Below, piece by piece: positions 7,657 through 13,032 of a stretch of 13,032 nucleotides of DNA. Origin of the DNA: Archangiaceae bacterium (GTDB taxonomy: Bacteria; Myxococcota; Myxococcia; Myxococcales; Myxococcaceae); the NCBI GenBank assembly GCA_043750125.1, contig JAYVCD010000045.1:1-13032 (forward strand), written 5' to 3'. Within the stretch, counting starts at the first letter, position 1, and the number at the start of each line of letters is the position of its first letter. Under the pieces are notes generated by a model. It ran no database searches, had not been told where the DNA came from, and worked only from the letters and a program-made list of their open reading frames with translations. The position numbers and the translations under genes were made by a program.

Positions 7657-7694
7657 TGTGGGGGCTCTTTCGCGAGCCGACGAGGATCCTGGAC

Positions 7695-9914
7695 ATGAAT
7701 ACTGCCGTCAAAATCTCGGAATCGCCGGGGGCGCCCAAAGAGCGCACGCCCATCGAGCGGGCTGACGAGGCGCTGGCGGGAGGCGGCAAGCTGGGCGCGC
7801 TGATTCGATCGATGGACTGGACCCAGACCCAGTTGGGCTGCTCGCACGCCTGGCCCCAGTCGCTGCGCACAGCGCTGAGCATCGTGCTCGGCTCGCGCGC
7901 CCCGATCTTGATCGGGTGGGGACCTCAGCACGTGCTGCTCTACAACGACGCGTACGCCCCGCTGCTCGGCGCCAGGCACCCGGCCGCCCTGGGAAAGGCG
8001 GCGCTCGAGGTGTGGCCGCAGACCCACGATGTTCCGAGGCTGGAGCACGTGACGACCACGGGTGAGACCACGTCCCATTCCGATGGAAGGCTGTTCGTCC
8101 TGGGTCAGGGGTTCCTCGAGGAGCGCTACTTCACGTCCTCTCACAGCCCGATTCGAGTCGAGTCCGGGGACGTAGGCGGGGTGTTCACTGTGATGACCGA
8201 GACGACCGATCAGGTGATGGAAGAGCGGCGTCGTCACTGCTTGCAAGACCTCGCGGTCGCTACGACGGGGGCCACCGAGGTCGACGAAGCGTGTCAGGCT
8301 GCCGCCCGGGCCTTCCAGCCGAATCTCGTCCCGTTTTGCCTGATCTACGTGCTGGACGAAACGGGTCAGACCGCCCGGCGGGCGGCGGCCTCTGCTCTCG
8401 ATCTCGGCCCACGTGCCAGCCCGACCACCATCGACCTGGCTTCGGCCGAAGCGGTGTGGCCTCTGGCCCAGGCGCGCGACACGGGAAAGGTTCAGCACGT
8501 CGGCGACCTCGAGGGAAAGTTTGGGACGCTCTTCGTCGGCGACTGGCCTGCTCCGCTGCGCGAAGCAATTGTGGTTCCGATGTCCCGCCCGAACGAGGCG
8601 CACCCCTTCGCATTCCTCGTGGCAGGACTTCATCCGGGACACCCCCTCAACGAGAGCCACCGGACCTTCTTCGAGTTCGCGACCCGCCAGGTCTCGCGGT
8701 CGATGACCCAGGCCCGCACCCTGAAAGTGAGCGAGGCCCGCGACCAGGCCCTGGCCGCGCTCGAGGGCAAGCGCAAAGATGAGTTCCTCGCGATGCTCGC
8801 TCATGAGCTGCGGACCCCGCTCACCGCCTTGAGCACCGCGCTCGACCTGCTCGGCCGCAGAGACGTTCGCGACGCGAGCGAGCATCGGATTCGTGCGGTC
8901 TGCGGCCGACAGCTGGGAAACCTGGTGCGCCTCGTCGATGACCTGCTCGATGTGTCGCGCGTCACGCGAGGGAAATTACAGCTGCGACCTCAACGGATCG
9001 ATCTCGTCGAGGTGATTCAGGCGGCGTTGCAGACCACCCGCCCGCAGTTCGAAAAACGTCGACATCGGGTCGCACTCGAAATGGGAGCGGGGTCATTGGC
9101 TCTCGACGCCGACCCGACGCGGCTCGAGCAGGTGTTCACGAACCTGCTCAGCAACGCCGCAAAGTACACCGACGATTTGGGCCTGATCGAAGTGCGACTC
9201 AGACCCGAAGGTGAAGGGCCGGCCGCCAGGGTCTGCGTGGAGATCACCGACAGCGGGCGAGGGCTCGCTCCTGGAATGATTGACCAGATCTTCGAGCTGT
9301 TTGCCCAGGTCGACAGTGGTCTGGCCCGCTCAGATGCGGGCCTCGGCATCGGTCTGACCCTGGTGCGCAGCCTGGTCGAGCTGCATGGGGGGCAGGTCTA
9401 CGCGCGCAGCCAGGGTTTGGGGTATGGGACCACGATGGTCGTCCGTCTTCCGCTTCCAGTCGCAGGTGCGACGGTCCGTCTCCCTGCGGCCGCATCGAAC
9501 CCGGCACTGCTCGAGCGCCGGAGAATTGTGCTGGTCGAGGACAACAAGGACGCCCGCGAAGTGCTGCGCGAACTGCTCGAAGATCTTGGTCACGAAGTCA
9601 TCGAGGCGAACAATGGCACCTGCGGCCGGGACCTGATCGTCGCCAATCGGCCTGACCTGGCGCTGGTCGACATCGGCCTGCCCGGGCTCGATGGCTATGA
9701 GGTGGCGCGCGAAATTCGCAACCAACCCGCGCTGGCTGGAACGCGCCTGGTGGCACTGACCGGTTACGGCGACGCCGAGAGCCGGGCCCGCGCGCTGAAG
9801 GCCGGCTTTGATGCCCACCTCACCAAGCCCTTCTCGATCGCGCAGATCCACTCGGTGCTCGCCGCGACCCCTCCCATCCGCTTGAATTCAAGGAAGGCAG
9901 CGCCCCCGCAGTAG
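7695..9914 (+). CDS. Cytoplasmic hybrid sensor histidine kinase/response regulator (PAS-like, GAF-like, HisKA, HATPase, REC), 739 aa
   Basis: GAGGA at 7682-7686 precedes ATG 7695, which I prefer over TTG 7593. N-terminal DWTQTQLG..WPQSL PAS-like input. H box KDEFLAMLAHELRTPL, N box QVFTNLLSNAAKYT, G1 DSGRG, F box IFELFAQ, G2 GLGIGL. Receiver: IVLVEDN...ALVDIGLPGLDG...ALTGY...LTKP. No transmembrane segment is evident. Confidence 0.95.
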   Translation: MNTAVKISESPGAPKERTPIERADEALAGGGKLGALIRSMDWTQTQLGCSHAWPQSLRTALSIVLGSRAPILIGWGPQHVLLYNDAYAPLLGARHPAALGKAALEVWPQTHDVPRLEHVTTTGETTSHSDGRLFVLGQGFLEERYFTSSHSPIRVESGDVGGVFTVMTETTDQVMEERRRHCLQDLAVATTGATEVDEACQAAARAFQPNLVPFCLIYVLDETGQTARRAAASALDLGPRASPTTIDLASAEAVWPLAQARDTGKVQHVGDLEGKFGTLFVGDWPAPLREAIVVPMSRPNEAHPFAFLVAGLHPGHPLNESHRTFFEFATRQVSRSMTQARTLKVSEARDQALAALEGKRKDEFLAMLAHELRTPLTALSTALDLLGRRDVRDASEHRIRAVCGRQLGNLVRLVDDLLDVSRVTRGKLQLRPQRIDLVEVIQAALQTTRPQFEKRRHRVALEMGAGSLALDADPTRLEQVFTNLLSNAAKYTDDLGLIEVRLRPEGEGPAARVCVEITDSGRGLAPGMIDQIFELFAQVDSGLARSDAGLGIGLTLVRSLVELHGGQVYARSQGLGYGTTMVVRLPLPVAGATVRLPAAASNPALLERRRIVLVEDNKDAREVLRELLEDLGHEVIEANNGTCGRDLIVANRPDLALVDIGLPGLDGYEVAREIRNQPALAGTRLVALTGYGDAESRARALKAGFDAHLTKPFSIAQIHSVLAATPPIRLNSRKAAPPQ

Positions 9915-10024
9915 GAAACCGGGGTGTTCCCTGCCGATACTTCGGTCTGTCGCAGCGAGCCTTTGTAATGATTGTTTTCGATTAGCCCTTGAATCCATGG
10001 CTCCAGTGTCGCGACAATACCTAC

Positions 10025-11086
10025 ATGCCCCCCATCAAGCCCGGCCCTTCCGCAAACCTCGACGCCTATCGCGCAGCTTTGGCGAAGCGGGCAGACAAAA
10101 TGCCCACGGCTGAGATCGCGGGCGCGAAGCTGACCCCGACGGACCTCGACAAGAAGCTCACCGGCGCGAACGTGAAGTTTCACGCCGAAGACGCAAAGGG
10201 TACCAAGTTCACCTTCAAGCCGTACCAGCCGGGCTCGACCAATTTTCAGCGCGATCAATTCGCAGGCACGCTGCGCGCCGAGGCGGGCGAAGCGGTGGTG
10301 CGAGTCATTCCGCAGAAGCTCACCCTGCCCAGCGGTCAGAAGCTCGAAGGCTACGTGAAGCCGAAGCTCGGCAAGACCGAGGCCCTCTCGGCAGAGCCCA
10401 CTCAGTGGAGCGAAGTGCAGCGCGGGCAGCTTCTGGCCGATGCGCCCTGGGCTGAGTTCCTCGGCAACTACGATCTCAAGCTCGACCAATATGCTTCTGT
10501 CTCCCTCGACGACAAGCTTCCTCAGAAGGCCCTCATCGATGGCGACTGGGACGTGAGTCTTTCGGACTACGAATTTCCCCAGCCGCTCGACCGGTTCAAG
10601 GCGTTCAAGGTCGGTCTCACGGCGAAGAACATCGTGCCCGCTGCGCCTCCGACCCAGAACCTGATGTACGAGGCGTATGTTCACGGCAAGATCGACCTCG
10701 ACTTTCAGCCGATGTACGCGGCGATCGGCCGGATCCAGGCGCTCCCGGAAAAAGACGTGCGCGCCTCGCTCGCGCCCTTCATTGCCGCGCAGTTCGCGAA
10801 GGGGAAGTCGTTTGGCCAGTACAAGAACGGGGAAGAGCTCGTTCAGGCCGTGCTCGCGCGTCAACGGTCGCTGCGCACCAAGTTCGAAGGCTTCGAGACC
10901 TCGCTGAAGACCGAACGAACGCACTACCAAAACCGCAATGTCCCAAGCCCTTCGGACGGGAAGACCTGGGTCAAAGAGAAGTGGATGCACCTCGGAAACT
11001 GGTTCGTTCAATCGCCTTTGCTCGGGTGGATGAACCGCCGCAGCCAACACAAGAAGGCCGAGGAGATGGGCATCAAGGTCAATTGA
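10025..11086 (+). CDS. Hypothetical protein with degenerate atypical protein-kinase-like (HipA/PI3-4K-like) motifs, 353 aa
   Basis: Long ORF with coding-type codon bias. ATG 10025 (MPPIKPGPS...) is the more likely start than TTG 9989. Motif order: LTGANVKF (Gly-loop-like), GTKFTFKP (beta3 Lys), RDQFAGTLRAEAGEAV (alphaC-like), FLGNYDLKLDQY (catalytic-loop-like), ALIDGD (metal-binding-like). The CDS is well supported; the fold call is tentative. Confidence 0.8.
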   Translation: MPPIKPGPSANLDAYRAALAKRADKMPTAEIAGAKLTPTDLDKKLTGANVKFHAEDAKGTKFTFKPYQPGSTNFQRDQFAGTLRAEAGEAVVRVIPQKLTLPSGQKLEGYVKPKLGKTEALSAEPTQWSEVQRGQLLADAPWAEFLGNYDLKLDQYASVSLDDKLPQKALIDGDWDVSLSDYEFPQPLDRFKAFKVGLTAKNIVPAAPPTQNLMYEAYVHGKIDLDFQPMYAAIGRIQALPEKDVRASLAPFIAAQFAKGKSFGQYKNGEELVQAVLARQRSLRTKFEGFETSLKTERTHYQNRNVPSPSDGKTWVKEKWMHLGNWFVQSPLLGWMNRRSQHKKAEEMGIKVN

Positions 11087-11127
11087 AGGTCAGGTAAGTT
11101 TTCCCCGCATTTCATTTCGGGGCACTG

Positions 11128-11376
11128 ATGCGAATGATTCTGCTGGGCGTTGCTTTGGGTGTGTCATTGGCTGGCGCCCAGCCTTCGTCTGCTCCGATGT
11201 TGCACGCGCAATCCCTTCCGCTCGAGCAGCAAAACCTCGCCTACCGCTGGCTCGAGATCGCCCAGGAAGCGACCGCCCGAGAAGTAGATCGCAATGGCGC
11301 GCGACCCACCATCATCTCTCGGACCCTGGCGATCTGGGCGACCGGAATGCACGACGCGTGGGCCGCGCGAAGGTGA
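11128..11376 (+). pseudogene. Truncated N-terminal fragment of a vanadium-dependent haloperoxidase (PAP2 superfamily, DUF6851-like N-terminus) with signal peptide
   Basis: The signal peptide MRMILLGVALGVSLAGA is followed by AYRWLEIAQEA...ARPTIISRTLAIWATGMHDAWAA. This matches the W...PT..aR.LA....MYDAWAAY pattern at the N-terminus of bacterial vanadium haloperoxidases. Similarity stops at 11367 and a stop follows two codons later. No vanadate-binding motifs are present. Confidence 0.7.
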
Positions 11377-11591
11377 AGGGCGGAGCGTTCTACGCCTCGT
11401 TCGAGTTCGGCCTTTCGGGCTTCACGATTCCCTTCGTCACCGTCGCACTTGGCTACGAGGGTGATCGCCGGCACGAGCGCGCCGAGGCGTGGGCATTCGA
11501 GAAGGAACAGCTGGCCCGTGAGCAGGCCGAAGAGAATGAGCTGAACAAGTCTGTGCCGCCGCCTGCTCCTGCGTCAGTTCCCGCCTCGTAG
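11367..11591 (+). pseudogene. 3' fragment of an unrelated hypothetical gene (or a small 72-aa CDS starting at GTG 11373)
   Basis: Different frame from the preceding fragment, with high third-position GC. The peptide AKVKGGAFYASFEFGLSGFTIPFVTVALGYEGDRRHERAEAWAFEKEQLAREQAEENELNKSVPPPAPASVPAS ends at TAG 11589-11591, 3 bp from the convergent gene. No clear RBS. Confidence 0.5.
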
Positions 11592-11594
11592 AGA

Positions 11595-12047
11595 TCAGCG
11601 GGTCGAATCGGTGAGCGCCGTCGGGTCAGGAGCGCGGGCGCGGGCCACGAGATCATTCACGCACGCGGTGATTTGCTCGAGGTCGATGGGCTTTCCCAGC
11701 ACCGTGACCTGGCCGATCTGATCGGCTTGCTCGAACAGGTCGGGGGCGGGAAAGGCGGTCAACAACACAATCGGACACTTGAGGCCATTGCTGCGTGCCC
11801 TTCGAATCACCTCAAGCCCATTGGCCCCCGGCATTCGCAAGTCGGTGAGGATCAAATCAGGAGTGGGGAGCACCTGGCTGTACGTCAACGCCAGGTAGTC
11901 CTCGAGCTCGGCGCCGTCCTCCAACTCCACCGCTCCATGGCCGGCCTCGCGCAGCGTCGTCATCAACAACAAACGAAAGGCGTCATCGTCCTCGGCGACG
12001 AGGATCCGGGCGCGCCTTGGAAATGGGTCCTGAGATTCAAATGCCAT
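11595..12047 (-). CDS. Single-domain (CheY-like) response regulator receiver protein, 150 aa
   Basis: ILVAEDD acidic pocket, PDLILTDLRMPGANG with the phosphoacceptor Asp, IVLLTAF and LGKP. GGAG RBS lies 7 nt upstream of the ATG. No output domain. Confidence 0.93.
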   Translation of the reverse strand: MAFESQDPFPRRARILVAEDDDAFRLLLMTTLREAGHGAVELEDGAELEDYLALTYSQVLPTPDLILTDLRMPGANGLEVIRRARSNGLKCPIVLLTAFPAPDLFEQADQIGQVTVLGKPIDLEQITACVNDLVARARAPDPTALTDSTR

Positions 12048-12083
12048 CGGGTCGCTCCGGAAGGAGACTGCAGTCTGCGACGG

Positions 12084-12100
12084 AGCACTGCGCGTGCCAG
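12084..12100 (-). promoter_or_regulatory. Sigma54 (-24/-12) promoter for the receiver-domain gene
   Basis: The minus strand reads CTGGCACGCGCAGTGCT against the consensus YTGGCACGNNNNTTGCW. There is one mismatch, and the GG-N10-GC spacing is exact. It begins 2 nt after the stop codon of the sigma54 activator gene. Confidence 0.8.
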
Positions 12101-12102
12101 CT

Positions 12103-13032
12103 TCAGGTGCGGGGGGGGCCCTCGTCTTCGACGGCCCAACGCTCGAGCTTCCGGTAGAGGGTCTTGCGATCCACCCTCAGTGCGCGCGCGGCGAGAATCC
12201 GGCTGCCTCCGACCGCCGCCAGGACGCGAAGAATGTGGCGGCGCTCGACTTCTTCCAGGTCCAGCAGCTCGGTGCCGGGCTCGGGAGGCGGCTCGAGGTA
12301 CGGCTTGTAGATGCTGATCTTGTCCGGAAGATCATCGGGTGTGATCTGGTCGAAGCCCGACAGCGCGACGGCCCGCTCGATGCAATTTTGCAATTCCCGC
12401 ACGTTGCCCGCCCACGAGTAGTTGACGAGCATTCGGGCCGATTGGGTGGTGAAGCCGGTGATCTTCTTCTCCGCGCGGGCGGCGAACTGAGTCAGGAACA
12501 GCTGGGCGAGCTGAAGCACATCGGTGCCGCGCTTTCGCAGGGGGGGCAACGCGATTCCGATGACGTTGATTCGATAGAACAAGTCCTCGCGAAATGCGCC
12601 CCGTTCGATCGCAACTTCCAGATCCCGGTTGGTGGCCGCGACGATGCGTGCATCGAAGGCGACCTCTTCGCTCGCCCCCACCGGACGCACCCTTCGTTCC
12701 TGCAGCGCACGCAACAACTTGGGTTGAAGGCCGAGGGGAAGCTCGCCGATCTCATCGAGCAGCAAGGTGCCGCCACTGGCCTGAATGAACAGCCCCACCC
12801 GCGTGGTCTTCGCATCCGTGAACGCGCCCTTGACGTGACCGAACAGCTCACTTTCGAGCAGCGCCTCGGGAACTGCTGCGCAGTTGATCGCGACGAACGG
12901 CCCGCTCTTGCGTCGACTGCGCAGGTGAAGCGCCCGGGCGATGACTTCTTTGCCACTGCCGCTCTCGCCGGTGACCAGCACCGAAGCCTCGGAATCGGCG
13001 ACGCGATCAACCAGCGCATAGACCTTCTTGAT
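12103..13032 (-). CDS. Sigma54-dependent enhancer-binding transcriptional activator (NtrC family, AAA+ and Fis-type HTH); 5' end lies outside the window
   Basis: The frame is open to the window edge ([29 protein letters not shown]). Walker [24 protein letters not shown], Walker [43 protein letters not shown] and [19 protein letters not shown]. Confidence 0.97.
   Translation of the reverse strand: MKKVYALVDRVADSEASVLVTGESGSGKEVIARALHLRSRRKSGPFVAINCAAVPEALLESELFGHVKGAFTDAKTTRVGLFIQASGGTLLLDEIGELPLGLQPKLLRALQERRVRPVGASEEVAFDARIVAATNRDLEVAIERGAFREDLFYRINVIGIALPPLRKRGTDVLQLAQLFLTQFAARAEKKITGFTTQSARMLVNYSWAGNVRELQNCIERAVALSGFDQITPDDLPDKISIYKPYLEPPPEPGTELLDLEEVERRHILRVLAAVGGSRILAARALRVDRKTLYRKLERWAVEDEGPPRT

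Noticed and set aside
372..8885. Long alternative-frame or antisense ORFs (e.g. 372-1331, 2476-3798, 4643-5878, 5841-6974, 7524-8885)
   Set aside because: They overlap well-supported genes, are Arg/Gly/Pro-rich with no recognisable motifs, and are the expected shadow ORFs of high-GC coding DNA.
9914..9940. Sigma28-like GCCGATAC element upstream of the kinase-like gene
   Set aside because: There is no TAAA-type -35 element at the expected spacing.
9764..11050. 428-aa minus-strand ORF opposite the kinase-like gene
   Set aside because: It reads as the antisense shadow of the plus-strand gene, overlaps the hybrid kinase 3' end and has no motifs.
11103..11122. CCCCG...CGGGG hairpin after the kinase-like gene as a terminator
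   Set aside because: The stem is only 5 bp with a 10-nt loop and no U-tract follows on the plus strand, so it is too weak to call.

Overview
GC-rich bacterial DNA. The gene content (sigma54 activator, hybrid kinase, HTH-TPR protein, secreted Cys-rich proteins) suggests Myxococcota, which is an inference. In order along the window: (1) a 5'-truncated protein with two tandem Ape1/PatB-like SGNH domains, translationally coupled to an AlgI/PatA-type MBOAT, forming a cell-envelope O-acylation module; (2) an HTH-TPR protein on the minus strand; (3) a divergent intergenic region with two tandem GACCTGT-N12-ACAG(C/G)TC palindromes; (4) a pseudogene for a secreted Cys-rich protein, with two in-frame stops and a probable frameshift; (5) an intact small secreted protein; (6) a stand-alone acyl-CoA carboxyltransferase; (7) a hybrid histidine kinase with a candidate sigma54 promoter; (8) an uncharacterised protein with degenerate HipA/PI3-4K-like kinase motifs; (9) a truncated vanadium haloperoxidase N-terminus joined to an unrelated 3' gene fragment; (10) a single-domain receiver gene with a strong sigma54 promoter; (11) the 3' part of an NtrC-family activator carrying GAFTDA. 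I saw no RNA genes, CRISPR arrays or mobile elements, and no complete new system is demonstrable from this window. The best leads are the atypical kinase-like protein, the tandem operator, the double-SGNH/MBOAT module and the sigma54 wiring.
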